Assembly: GCA_013239625.1 (NCBI GenBank) | Contig: MU053561.1 | Location: forward strand, 2,682,283 to 2,746,282 | DNA: 64,000 nt | Reading direction: 5' to 3' | Source: Lama guanicoe | Lineage: Eukaryota | In this document: piece after piece, positions 1 through 12,856 of the stretch | Position numbering within the stretch: position 1 is the stretch's first letter | How the letters are laid out: each line of letters begins with the position of its first letter | Translations under genes and position numbers: made by a program | Notes under the pieces: generated by a model | What the model was told of the DNA's origin: nothing | Database searches by the model: none | Seen by the model: only the letters and a program-made list of their open reading frames with translations

Positions 1-3000
1 AGATCTATCCACAAGGATTATTTTAGAGTGTTCTATAAAATTAACAGCTGCTAGAGGCCCAAACACTGCCCAGCACCCCTCACTTCTCAGCCATTTTCCA
101 TCCTCCCCATGTTTGAACGGGCCAACATAGTCTGCCAAGTTCTGTGTGAACACCTGGTCCTCCTTTTAGTCTCTAGTTTAAACAGAACGGGAGATTCACA
201 CTGAGTTTCAACTTGCATCTGGGCATGAATGCACCTGAGATAACTGTTGGTAAAATTCTCCCTCCTTACCTTGGGCAGCTTTGTCCTCTCTCCCCCAGTT
301 TAACTGTTTCCCACGCCCATTTTCTCCTCTTCCTTTGCCTTGTCCATCCCTCCTCCCCAGCACAGCCTTCAGCCTGCCCTCGATGTTTACAGACCCGCTG
401 CCAGATGCCATGGGTGGTTTGGTGGAGGTCCATGCCAGCTTCCCCGCTGATGCCCAGTAGGAGTGTAGTTTGGTAGTTTGACTTGAACAGAAAAGACTCT
501 GAGTTCACATGCCCTTTAAGGAAAAGACTCGGACTCCATCAGTCTGATATTTCATTCCTTCACGCAGCAGTTCTCCACTGCACACCTGCTGCGTGCAGAA
601 CCAACTGTCAGGTAAGGGGATGAGCCAAGACCTAGCCGTGTCAGGGTCAAGGAGGGCAGAGCAGTGTGGCAGCTTCACAGAAAAGCTTGAGAGGAGACGA
701 GTCCTCCAACAACAAGAATCTTCTAAAATATCAAGTAAAAAAAGACATGAGGAACTTAGGAAGGCAGAACCAGAGAAAAACAGCCATTCACTCACAACAT
801 CAAGTTTAAACTCCTTCAGGTGACATTCCAGGTGCCTCACAATCTTAGGACTTGCCTTCCAGTCTCCAGCCTTTCCCTTTGAAGCCCCTAAAACTAACTT
901 AACCCTCCACTCCACCAAAAAGGAGTCTTATAAATAGGTGTTATTTCTCTACCCATGTTCTTCCCTCTGCCTGAAACAAACAACCCACCCTTTCTCTGCC
1001 AGACAAAAACCTACTGATGGTCCGGACTTAATGAGCTCCCACGAGTCCATCTTGCGGAAACTTTCCCTGATCCTCCCTCAGCCCCAGCCCGCAGCCCCAG
1101 GCAGAGTTCGGAATGTGCCTGCTGAGGGTCCACTCGGCATGGCCGCCATGAGCACCCAGGCTCCTTTGCTGGTCTGCCACCCTTGCTGGACATGAGCCCC
1201 GTGATGGGGCAGACGGCCCCCTGCTCATCACCATGTTCCTAGCCCGGCAGCATGCCTGCTGATGTAACGACTGGGATCACTCCCATCTCAATGAGCCTCT
1301 GCAAACTGGAATCCTAGAGCCAGAACTGATCTTTGGACTGTCATCTAGGTGGGTTAACAGGAGTTACTTAACTTCACTTATATCAGAAATGGCCCCTCAT
1401 TGATGAATTTTCAAAAAAGCTCTCCGCTAAGCTCATAACAGAAAGTGAAGGGCATATGATTGAGTGACCATAACACACAGGACCATCAGTCAAGAGACCA
1501 GTTCTCAGCACCCCAGGAAGTGATACAATCTCAATCTCCCACACCCACATCAGGCTTATTACTACTCTTCTTTGGAGCTAGAGAAGCTGACCTGGCTGCT
1601 TTGGATCCTTACAAAAGGTTCCCAATCCAGACGTGGCACTAAAGCCTAAAAAATGCATATACAGGTAGAGGGGAGCTGCAGGTAGCGATACAAACAGGTG
1701 TAGAGAATTACGTCAGTGGTCCCACCTTTTCTGCAAGATCACCTCTGTTGAAACCAGACCAGAATGCATTCCCTTTTCTTTAAACTTTCAGCATTTTTTT
1801 CCCCTAACAATCCTTAGACACTCCTTGGATGCCACCTCTCTTCCTGTGTCTACGTCGTGCCTCCACATTGAGACTGGCAGCTACAGGAGTCAAGGGACTG
1901 GGACCACGTCCTTATATGCCCAGGGCTCTAGACTCACACCTGGCACAGGGTAGATAATAAGAGTAGTTGCGAGCGGGGCAGACAGGGAGGTGAGGCACAC
2001 GCTGTAGGCAGCAGCCCCGCCGCGTCTTCCTGCAGACGTGGCCAGAGCTGGCCGCTTACGAGAACAGTGATGACAAGCAGACGGTGTGTGGTTTGGACTA
2101 ACCCAGCCACCAGGCGCTTGAAGCATGCACTGGAACCGGAGAAGTCTGCTTCTCCACGCTGTGAGCAACCAAGATGAAGCCCAGGAAGGGAGCAGATGCC
2201 AGCTGGGGATGGGAGAGGCTCTGCCAACCCCCAGAAAGGGAGGAAAGGGTGGAGGGAGCAGAGAGACAATAGTCAGAACCCATGAGTAGTCTGTCTTCTA
2301 CACCAGCTGCCAAGGAAAAAGGAGACAATCCTACGAGGCAGGGTGAGGACTTTCCCATCCCCTCCTCTTCACATGTGGACTCCATCTTCTCCTACCCCAC
2401 CCCCACCCACGAACCTCCGTCTCAGAATCAAATGTAAGACGGGCAATGTGCATGTAGACGACAGTCGTTTCTAAGGCCACAGAGTGAGGGGTGCTTGGGA
2501 GAACTTCAAGCGGAGTCATTAAAACATGATTATGTGCTTCTTTGTCCTGAGGCCCAAATACCATCAATGAACACGCTGGAGAGAACACAGAGCCTGCCTT
2601 ACCACTGTTTTCTCAGGACCAAACACAGCCTGCTGTGGGATAACTCCCCTTGGGCCTGGGGCTCCTCGCTGCCTCTGTGACACTCCAGAGGTACGGTGAC
2701 AGTGGTACCATCCCCAGGGACCTACAAGCCAGGTTCAACATTAAGCTTTCTGGGACTCACATTAATGGTCGGAAAAAACTTGTTTTCGGGATAAACTGTT
2801 ATTAAAGTGGGACTCTGATGAATAAACCACATGACCGCATAAACCTTGTTTCCATAGAAAACCATCTAAAATTCCCCATCCTTCCTCTGAATCTTTTTTG
2901 TGTCTCTAATCAGCCAAGAGTCCTTTGGAGAAATGCTCTGATAAACTACCTAAGGGGCTCGTCAGTAATTGTTTGGTGAGCCATTTTCCTTGTGAGAAAT

Positions 3001-3555
3001 GACCAAAAATATGATTATGGCCTCACTTACCACCTTAATTTAGCAGGCTAGCTTCCTGTGAGCCCCGGCAGACCTCACCAGCCTCGTGCATGTGGGCTGT
3101 TACCACCGATGCCACTGACACTTTTCAGGGTGACTCTGTTCCTGTTCCGCCCCTCTGCCCACCTCCCTTCCCCAGAGTTTAATATCCACACCCCCTGAGG
3201 TCTCTCTTACTGTTCCAGTTCAAGTCAGCTAATCCCCAAATGGGACACCATCCTGCACACACCAATTTTACTCCCACCTCTGAGAAACTGTGCCAGTCAT
3301 TTTCAGACCCGAAATGCTTTTCCTGCTCTGGGCTCGAACCATTTTGCAGATTGACCTGTTCCATGGAGCCTTACTCTAAAGCAGCTCCTGGTCTCAGTTT
3401 TAGCCCTAAAATTCTGCAGCCCCATATGCACAATCTCATAATCTAATAATCTAATCCATCCACTCAGATGTTTAAAAACGACGATCCATCCTGCTGTTCA
3501 GTTATAACTGGTTCAGTTTCCGCTTTGGACTCCATTTCCTAATTCCTTGTAATTC

Positions 3556-3757
3556 TTTTTTTTTTCATTGAGGTATAGTTGATTTACAGTGTTGTTGGTT
3601 TTAGATGCACAGCATGGTGATTCAATTATACATATACATATATATTCCTTTTCATATTCTTTTCCATTATAAGCTATTACAAGATATTGAATACAGTTCC
3701 CTGTGCTGTATGGTAGGACCTTGTTGTTTATCCGTTTTATATATAGTAGTGTGTATA
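3556..3757 (-). mobile_element. 5'-truncated young L1 3' end (cetartiodactyl/camelid type)
   Basis: Poly-T then ttgaggtatagttgatttacagt...gatattgaatacagttccctgtgct; TSD-like ttgtaat(t)cttt at 3547-3558 and 3758-3768; homologous to the copies at 9.2, 20.7 and 46.7 kb. Confidence 0.85.
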
Positions 3758-5220
3758 TTGTAATCTTTCACAATGTCGGAAACATGGTTAGTAGTCCCTA
3801 AATGCTGCTGAAGCACCAAAAAATAAGACTATAAGGAAAAAAATAGGAATGTTGTGTATGAATAGTTGAGCACAAATTATTCACTCACTACTGTGCTCCC
3901 TTCGACCAACATGACTAAGTGCCCATCACGTGCCAGGCTCTGGGCTAGGCACTGCAGTTTTAGCTTACTGTATGGATTTCTCAATCAAAGATGATGGACT
4001 GTGATGCCTTCTAATAAATAAGAAAACATTTGGATGTGCCAGCCTTCGGAAAATGGAAAAATGAATAGCTGTGCCAAAAGTGGTTTGGTTTTGTTTTTTT
4101 TAACTCCTCGCTGCAGCATAAGCAAAGTCGCAGTGTACTGGACAAACACCAAATCAGCTAACGTTCTGTTTTTAGGACGTCTTAAAGGGGCAGTACCTTC
4201 AAAAAGGACCATCCACCCCTTCATCTCTGGAATAGCAGAAGGCAGCAGGCCACTTCAGACACAGTGGAGGATTCATTCCCAGGTTCTGGATAAGCCTCAA
4301 AAAGATCTGCATCCATGATGAGTAAAAGAACCTCACTGGGTCAGTAGCAGCATCCATAGGTGCCCCTGAGAGTAGCCAGGAGGGCGGGGTGCAGTGAGGA
4401 CTGTGGTCATAGCACAGGTTCCCACCAACAGCAGGGAGGTTTTCCAGGATGTATCCTTTCATTTGCTATCGTGTCCAACGTCATTTGTGCCCTTCCCTTC
4501 CAGGCTAAGAGAATGAAAAAGAAGGAAATCCCCAAAACACTAGAACACATTGCTTAGCCAATTAAGGCCACTGATTGGAGATGCTGGAATTTGAACTTTC
4601 CTGCTCTGTAGGAAGGTGGAAAATCCAAAGCACTGCCAACGTTTGGACCCAGCTCACAGTGTCTGCGTCTCTTCTCGCTGTGGTCTGCCGGTGTCCGGAA
4701 AAAGAGGGCCTGTGGTGCATAACTGTCTACCAGCTCAACGTGAGCACTCAGTGAGGAAGAAAACACAAGTCACAGCGCTGAGGGCCAAGCCTTGCTCACT
4801 CAACAGCAACTTACTTGTGGCTAACACCTTCCACAGAACTTGCAAAAAAGAAAAAAAAATCAGTGATAAGAACAGTCTGTCATCTAGAAACACTTAATTG
4901 GTTTTACTGTTTCTCTCACTTTTCTCAGAGGTCCATGTGAAAACGCAGTTAGTCCAGTAGTGGCGACACCCTGGTAACCTAGAGCACCGGGAGGAAAGAT
5001 GCCAGTGTCACTGCACAGACGGGCTTGGAGGAGGAGTAACTGCTGCTGCAATGCTAACAATCCCAGAGCCCTGAGGCACCGATGCCCGGTGCGGAGAGCT
5101 GCCAGACAGGTGAGGGATGAAAGGCACAGGCTGCAGACAGGAGTGCTGGGGAAGACGGGGCGAGGAGCCAGGGCTGGACCGGGTGGCCCATATGGCCGGC
5201 AGCAGGGGTCAGCATGGACT

Positions 5221-5705
5221 CAAAGAATTCCAGAGATGGAAGGGGACTTTGGGATCAGCTAGCCCAGTCCCTTACTTTACAGAGGTGAAGAGCCATTCAG
5301 CAACTTGTTCAAGGTCACAAAACTAGCAGCAGAAGATCAAGGGCCAGAATCCCAGCCTCCTGTTTCAAAAGACGAGGACACAGATGTTATCACGTTAGCT
5401 AAAGCTAACTGTATCATTTCCTTTCTGTGTTTTCAAACATGTCTTTGACCCTGAATATCTGGCCTAAGACAGAGAGGCAGAACAGTGTATTGTGGTTATG
5501 AGGCCTGCGTCTGGAGCCAGGCCAGCTGGACTTGAATCCCAGCAGCCCAGCCACTTACTGCGTGACCTTCACCTCTCTGTGACTCAGTTTTCTTATCTAT
5601 CAAATGGAGGTCATAGTGGTACCTACCTCATCGGGTTATGAGACCTACTAAATGAGTTAATATATGGAAAATACAGTGCCTGGTGCAAAATAAGTGCTAT
5701 GTAAA
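5221..5705. mobile_element. Two MIR SINEs (minus ~5221-5365; plus ~5472-5705)
   Basis: acttgttcaaggtcaca; ctctgtgactcagttttcttatctatcaaatgg...acctacctca...taaatgagttaatat. Confidence 0.75.
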
Positions 5706-6475
5706 AGGTAGGAAGACATTTCTTAGGGAGGAAATAATCGTCATATTGGTTCCTCCCCAGCACACTTGCTCCCAACCCTCCATTCACTTTAGTCACAGGT
5801 TACAACTTTTCCCCTACAACACCTGGGACTAATACTTCTAAAAAGTCACACCTTTGTCTCCAAAGCCATTCAAGGCCTGACTCAGTCAGATGCTAGAGGT
5901 AAATTAGCCAAAATGACGTGAGGGGTGAAAATTTTGGCTGCCACCCACCCAGACTACTATCCCTCGGATTACTCAGAAGTTACTTCTTTTGAGCCTCACC
6001 TCCTACCTTCCGGGCCCACCCACTCCCTTGAGCCTCTGAATCTGCTTTTTCACCCTCAACCTGTCCTCTAGTCCCTCAAACCTTCCACGATTCCCCAGGC
6101 CCTCTGGCCTCACTCAGCTGCCTGTCCCACTGGACTCCTTGGCCGACTGTGTCTGGGATGCTGTCCGAGCTTTCTGCAGATTCCTGCATCCCTCACCCCC
6201 CCACCCTCATCTTGTGGAGAGATCACCCAGTCCCTGCCTCGCTCCCCGGCTGCTGAACATGGTGGGGTAAGGTCATGAAACCAGGCTGACAGCCCCCTCT
6301 ACAGACCTAAGCTAGCAGCACCCTTCGTGGCTAACTGGACGCCTGCTGCACTCCCACGGAGCCCACGCCATCCCGTGCCACTCGAGCTCTGACTCTCTGA
6401 CCACGGCCTTTGCCTCGGAGGTCGTCAAGGAAGCCCAGGCCACCAAAACACCCACATATCAAGTACTCTTCCAGA

Positions 6476-6623
6476 CAATGCCTTCTCAGAATTTAGCGTT
6501 TGAATCCCCTGGGGGTGTGGCTAAACTGCAGACTCTGTTTCAGCAGACTGGACTGGGCCTGAGATCTCCCAGGTGCTGCCTGCCAGTGCTGCTGGTCCCC
6601 AGAGCCTGCTCTGAGTAGCAAAG
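6476..6623 (+). mobile_element. MER5A-like hAT-Charlie MITE
   Basis: ttctcagaatttagcg...gaatcccctggg...cccaggtgctgc...gctgctggtcc...tgagtagca resembles the MER5A consensus. Confidence 0.65.
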
Positions 6624-7534
6624 TTCTGGGATTTACATATGTTAAGTTTAACGTGTGCATTTTTCTAGACATACTATTTTTAATCGTCAGACAAACCTGC
6701 AAGAAAGGTACTAGTCCCTTTTTACGTGTGTTGAATATGAGGCTCAGGGAGGTTAAGAAACCTGCCCAGTCTCACATTGCTGGAGGGAAGATCCAGATCC
6801 AGATGGGGGACTGATTCCAAAGCCTGAGCCCTATTTTTTTCTCTCCCTAAGTGATTCTGAAGAGCAGAAATAGTCATGTCATGGTTTATTTGTAATACAA
6901 ACTATTGAAATCTTAGCTGATGAAGATGGGAGAAAGACGAGTTACAAAACTGCCAGGAAGTCCCCATGCTGGACATTCCAACTAACAGCTGAAGGCCTCA
7001 AAGCAGCGATTGGAGAGGTTAATTCCACCAATCAGCATGGAAGAAGACACCCGGAGGAACACGGGGGAAACTTCCAATTCACACAGAGAATGAAAGGGAA
7101 CATATAGATGACCTTAGCTGACGTGGCTGGGGACTTTGTGGCCATCCTTACAGCTGAACAGGCTGGGAGCACTGCAGAAACCACATGCCCCAACCGCACT
7201 GCTCCCTGCCTGTCCCGCTCCTCCTCCTCTGCCCTCTGCCCTCTTCAGCCTCCAAGTCCAGGGCTTCTCTTTATCTTTATTTTTCGGGTTTTCCCGCGAA
7301 ACAAATCTGCTCACACTCATCTCTCCTTGGCGTCTGGGAGAGTGATCTCCTGGTTCTCCTGGCATCCCTGTGACTACTCCTTCCAGAACTCCCCCTTCCA
7401 TTTCCCGTCCCCTAACTGCAAGCATTCCCAAGAACTGGTTCTTAACCCCCAGTCATCCAGGTGGTGCTGCCTCCTAGTGACACCACCAGCCACACATGCA
7501 GCGCATCCTGTCCCACCCTCGGAGGGCAGCTCTG

Positions 7535-7628
7535 AGTCAGCTCTGTTCACTGAGGAATCCCCAGCGCTGGGAACAATGCCTGGCGTGGAGCAGGAGGCAC
7601 TCTCAGTATTCACTGAGTGAACAGATGA
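7535..7628 (+). mobile_element. L2 3' end
   Basis: tgttcactgaggaatccccagcgc...aatgcctggcgtggagcaggaggcactc...tgagtgaa. Confidence 0.6.
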
Positions 7629-9190
7629 GCTAGTGGCCATAGCAACTTCCATCTTCCAACTGCCCATCCCAATGCTGGGCTGGGGATCAAGGTCTGTGGC
7701 TCCCAGGTAAGAGAGAGGACCGCCAATCTCCATCCACTCACAGCACACACAGGAGATGGCACTGGCTGTATGGCTCCCAGGGCAGACAGGGCTTCTGGTT
7801 TTGAGGTGGCTCTGACCTGGGGGAGCCAGGGGCTGAGGGTGTCAGTATCATGACACACCTACAGCCCACCTGAACCCCATGTGGGTCCCTTACCATGGCC
7901 CACAAGCTAGGAAGTCCTGGCCCAGTTCAGCCCTAAGTGAGACCAAGGAAGAGCCATTATCAGGACATTCTTGGCTTGGTGTCACTTTTAAGGTCTGAGA
8001 AGTAAGCCATCTGTGTGCACACGGCCTCCATTTCAGTAGGATTCCACGGTAGCACCCATTCTAAAATATGCCCTGAAGCACAATTCTGTTCTTCACGGTT
8101 CTAAGGCAAATTCATCCTAGACAGAGTAACACCAGCCAAACACTGCTTCTCCATTCGCCTGAAATATCCTGAGTGATATAAGTGCTCTCACATTCAGCTG
8201 CTTATAAAGGTGCAAAGCAGGATGCAATTAAGGTCCCAGAACATCATACTTAAACTTGAATCATGCTGCTTAGCGACTCCACAATCCAGCACAAACACAC
8301 AGGGAGTGTTGTGGAGAAATCCGCCTTCGAAGAACACAAACGTGCCTGCTGTGCCATCAGCTCCAGCCTCCCGGAAATCGCCTTGCTGGTCCACGACGGC
8401 GTTAACTACCGGGTCTAATTCTGCTGCTTCGCAGAGACTACAGTTGGTGTGGAGGAAAATATTCCAAGATCTGAAAAGCACCGACTGTGCCAACTGCAGC
8501 ACTTCGCCTTTTCCAGAAGATAAATCATGAAGAATTTTTGCCAGTTCCAGTTATTTTCCCAAAGCAGAGTCAAATGGCCTTGCTACCCTGCCTTTAAGAA
8601 ACCAAGGCAATTAAACAGAAGAGCTAGGAACTGCCCTGACAGCTTCCCCCAACTTCGTTTGATAAAGTGAGACGCAGACACGCATTGACAGACAAGCACA
8701 CCTTATTTAACTGGCAGACACAGCGCTGCTATGAAAATGTACATGCAACCTATGGGGTAGAAATCAGCTCAGCAGATCGGCACGGAAACGAAATAACCAT
8801 ATAAATGCCCACTAGCCTGGCTGCCTTGTAAGGAGTGAGCACTGACAACCAGAGTTCCTATTCGGCAAGCTAACAGGAATAATTACAGCCAGGGCAGGCA
8901 TTAATCAGCCTGGCAGATGCAGGAATTCTGTGAACAAGGCTGAAATGAGCACCGAGGACTCTCTGAAGGCGATAGCATTTCAGAGACCCTTAAGCTGGAC
9001 AAAGTCACCGGGGTTCCTCCTGTCAGCCTCCCTTCGCCAGCGCTTCTGGGAGGAAGCTGCAGCTTGGCCCCCTTCCTCTGGGGTGGTGATGTGCTTGGGG
9101 GTACAGAGCTGCCACATTTGTGAGGTGCATCCTGGCCCCGCCCCTCCCTTCAGGAACCGTGCCCGGGCTGTGTTCATCCCAGACCTTCCT

Positions 9191-9497
9191 TTTTTTTTTT
9201 TTAAATTGAAATATAGTCAGTTGAAAATGTTGTGTCCATTTCTGGTGTGCAGCATAATGTTTCAGTCACACATATACATATATACATATTCCTTTTCATA
9301 TTCTTTTTCATTATAGGTTACTACAAGATATTGGATATTATTTCCCTGTGCTATAGAAAAGAAACTTGTTATTTATCTATTTGATATATAGTAGTTGGTG
9401 TCTACAAATCTTGAACTCCCAGTATATCTCTTCCCACCCCCTTCCCCCACCACCCTGCTCCTGGTAACCATAAGTTTGTTTACTATGTCTGTGACAC
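9191..9497 (-). mobile_element. 5'-truncated young L1 3' end
   Basis: Same 3' UTR family, extending through the C-rich tract (G-rich on the element strand); TSD core accttcct at 9183-9190 and 9498-9505. Confidence 0.87.
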
Positions 9498-9619
9498 ACC
9501 TTCCTATTTTTAACTGTACTTTTGCTTTCAAACCACTATCATCCTTCGCCTAAACCACTCTCAAGCGAGACACACGTAAGGTTATGGGGAACCATTATCA
9601 ACCTTTTCTTAGGGGTGAC

Positions 9620-9815
9620 AAAATCTGAGTCCTGTGATCCAATGCTGGCTCAGCCATGGAGAGGCTGTATGACTCTGGACAAGTTATTTAACTTTTCTGG
9701 GCATCAGTTTCCCCATCTGTAACATGGAGGAAATAACAGTACCTTTCTCAAAGCACTGTTGTCAGAATTTAGTGAGAGAATGTACGTAAGAGCCTGACAC
9801 TAGGTATGCAGCTGT
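9620..9815 (+). mobile_element. MIR SINE
   Basis: ggacaagttatttaacttttctgggcatcagtttccccatctgtaacatgg core. Confidence 0.8.
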
Positions 9816-9974
9816 TACTACTCCATGCCCGTTAGGTGCACAGCCCTGTGTAGACCTATGAGACAAGAACAAATATTCACTCTGCGGACACTTGTACATT
9901 ATACACGAGTGGCTGTGCCTGGGCGGCAGGGCAGGCCTGTTCATCCTTTTACCGTATACCCTTTATAAGTGACC

Positions 9975-10405
9975 CCGAGACTGCGAGCTGTCCCTCACAT
10001 CTGTCTTCTCCTGCAGTAGCTAGCACACAGCTACCAGGCTCTCCGCACTGCCCAGCTTCCCTTGCAGCTAGTGTGGCCAGGACTAAATCCTCTCCAAAGG
10101 TGTGTATGTAGAAGAGATGTGGGCTTCTTCCCAGCTTGGCCCAAGAAGCCTCGATATATTCTCCTCCGTGCTCTTTCCCTTTAATGGGGCTGGAAAGGCG
10201 TGATGACAACCCAAGTGATCTTAGAAATCAGGGGTTGAAGACAGCAGAACCGTCATCAGCCTAGGAGCCACAATGCCTGTGCGGAACAGGGATCCGGCCC
10301 AAGCATTTCACTGGAAACAGGACTGTTAGGAAAGACACTTCTATTGTTTGAACCACTGTGCTTTGCGTCTGTTACAGCAGTTTAACTTACCCAATTAATA
10401 TAACA
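9975..10405 (+). mobile_element. Old MaLR LTR (MLT1-type)
   Basis: cccagcttcccttgcagctag...cttctattgtttgaaccactg...tgttacagcag...taatataaca terminus. Confidence 0.65.
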
Positions 10406-10669
10406 TCCTTCTACGGTATTTGAATCTTAAAATATAGATGCTTTTGTTGTTTAAAAACTATTCCGATGGATTTGCAAAAATTTTTTAAAAGACACACATT
10501 AAGAGAGTATCTTAATCCCTCTCCACAACCTTTGTAGCTCCCACTCTCTAATTCATGCTGCGCACCACGGGACTGCCCTTCCTCAGACACATCGCCATGT
10601 TGGAGTAATCTCACTCTGCAAATTTTCAAGGGCTACCCATTACCTACAGGTAAAACGATGTATCCACGC

Positions 10670-11360
10670 ATTCATTCGGTTAGCCAATATTTATCAAATG
10701 CCTACTCTGTGCCAGGCACCCGATTAGTAAGAGAAATACTACAGTGAACGAGACCAGCATGGTCACTGGCCCATGGGATATAATCGGGCTGGGGACTGTG
10801 ACCAGGAACAACGGCACACAGTGAGATGAAGAAGTGCTGCGAAGGGAGAGGCACAGGCTGCGTGGCAGCGCCCACAAGCCCACATTCACGGTGCGCACGA
10901 AGGTTTCGAGCCATCAGGATCCACCCCAAACCCACCTTTCTGGCTTGCCCTCCGAGGATATCCCCCTCCTCCACCTTCAGTCACATGGAACTTACATGCC
11001 CTTTCTGAATGAGCCAGGTACTTCCAACTCATCCACACTGGATGCCTTTCCCGACAGCCTGGAAAGCTCTTCCATCCTTTCTTTCAAAATACTAATTACC
11101 CTCAAGGCTCAGCTCAAATGTCACTTCTTCAGCAAAAATCAACCCCAATCCCAAGTCAAAATTAATCATCCTTACCCTTGCTTCCTAGCAGCACCTGGGT
11201 TTCTATGTCAGGTATTTCATTCTGGCTTGCAGATGGCTGTTTTATTAACTGTCTGCCCATCCCTATGGACCACTCAGTGAGACGCTGTGTCTTGGCCATT
11301 TGTCTGGGATACTCTTATGGACATAGTAGGCACTCAAGAAATGCTGCATTGAATGGATAG
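10670..11360. mobile_element. Two L2 3' fragments (minus ~10670-10780; plus ~11090-11360)
   Basis: atatttatcaaatgcctactctgtgccaggcac; ctcaaggctcagctcaaatgtcac...catagtaggcactcaagaaatg. Confidence 0.6.
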
Positions 11361-11449
11361 ACGAGACAGGTCAGACGCCAGCAATGGAAGTGAAAACCCG
11401 CTCTTTCTGTTGTGATCGTGAAAGGTAGGCTCAGTCAGGAAAGCTTAGA

Positions 11450-11467
11450 GGGGGGGGGGGGGGGGGG
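11450..11467 (+). repeat. G18 homopolymer
   Basis: Read directly. Confidence 0.95.
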
Positions 11468-12311
11468 AAAGAACAGGCAAGAGGAGAGAAGCAGGAGGGG
11501 CATTCCCAGGCTATGAGAAATGGAAAGGCCAGGAGGTTCACATGCATTCCAGGTAATGGAGAGCAAACAGGTGACTTAGAAAGATGAGTCTGAATCAGAA
11601 AGAAGACTAGAGGGGAGAGGACACAAGGGGCAGAACATCCTCGGAAGGAAATCATAAGGAACCAATGAGCCAAGGTGGGACCACCAAAAACAATCCTTTA
11701 GGAAAATGATGAACTTAAAAGGGAGGCTGGAGGCAAAAGACAAACAGGAAGATCTGTGTGGGGAACTGTCAGAACCTGGGCTAAGACAATAGCTTTATAT
11801 ACGGGAAGGAAAGAAGATGCTGGAGTCTGCACCATGGGAAAAGCGACAGAATTGAGGGACAGTGTGAATGTGGAGGTTGAAAAGAGTGACAGCAAGGTTA
11901 TGTCCAGGATGCAATACAAGAGGAAAGATGATCTAGCATAACAACATATTGGGTTTCAGGAATCAGAACAGTGCCACAGTGGTAGGGGAGGGAGGGCTTC
12001 CCAGAGGTCACAGTGAAGCCACACTGAGAGATTCCGTGTGGCAGAGTTATCAGATGGAGCATGAAGTTCAGGGACTGTTAGGGGACAAGGCACTGGCTGG
12101 AGACACCACAGATATTCCCTGTGTGTAGTTGACACGAGACGTCCAGCCAGGGCAGGATACATTGGAATACATCCAAGACTTCCCCAAGCTGTGCTTGCCC
12201 CACTTCCATTTTTGCTTTTGCCAGTCTCTTTTTGCCCCCTCTCCCTTTTTCTCCCCTACCACAATTACCCACGGACATTCTCTGCCAATCCCTACCTGGC
12301 CCCACCCTCTT

Positions 12312-12440
12312 AACTGGTACACAGGTTGTGAATTGCCCAGCACAACTCTAGGGAGGGTCATTCACCCAGACTATGAAGTGAACGGCAGCTCCTAGAGTTG
12401 AGCAGCGCATGATCTGTGCAACAGTGGCCACGGCCCTGCT
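12312..12440. mobile_element. MER91-like (hAT-Tip100) palindromic MITE
   Basis: Perfect inverted 10-mer caactctagg (12343-12352) / cctagagttg (12391-12400) with an inner ttcac/gtgaa pair; ends ggccctg. Confidence 0.7.
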
Positions 12441-12796
12441 GGACCCAGACACGTCTGCCAGTTGTGGAAGGGGCACGACTCCCACCAGCAGAGTACAACA
12501 AATGGAAAGCTGACAAGGGTCCCGGAGTGAAAGGGAGAGAATAAGAGTACTAGGACCTGAGACAACAGAAGAGACGCTCCCAAATTTACTGAACGATCTG
12601 GAAGCGTCCTGCACGTGGTGGCAGCTAAAGCAATATGCCTGGGTGAGCTCTCTTGGGGAGTGAGTTCCAGAAAACCCCTCAGAGGTGAAGGAAGAAAACA
12701 CACTAGTAGCTAGAAAGGCTGCCCCCCCAGGAGCAGGAGTCATGGGGATTGGGATTGTGTGGGCCCTGATGCCAGAGGAGGGGAGCGGCTGCCGAA

Positions 12797-12856
12797 GGCC
12801 TCCATTGGGACCCTCTGGCCTCCATTGGGACCCTCTGGCCTCCATTGGGACCCTCT
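12797..12856. repeat. Perfect tandem repeat, 3 x 20 bp (ggcctccattgggaccctct)
   Basis: Three identical adjacent units read directly. Confidence 0.97.

Noticed and set aside
4950..4970. CTCF-like motif ccagtagtggcgac
   Set aside because: It is one base short in the core spacing (CCAGTAG-TGGC) and does not fit the consensus register.
8194..8530. Overlapping ~100-aa ORFs as a nested gene or processed pseudogene
   Set aside because: No recognisable protein family, poly(A) or TSD; kept only as a CpG-rich patch.
12797..12856. Identical 20-bp direct repeats as a CRISPR-like array
   Set aside because: The units are adjacent with no spacers, there are no cas genes, and the DNA is mammalian; it is a simple minisatellite.
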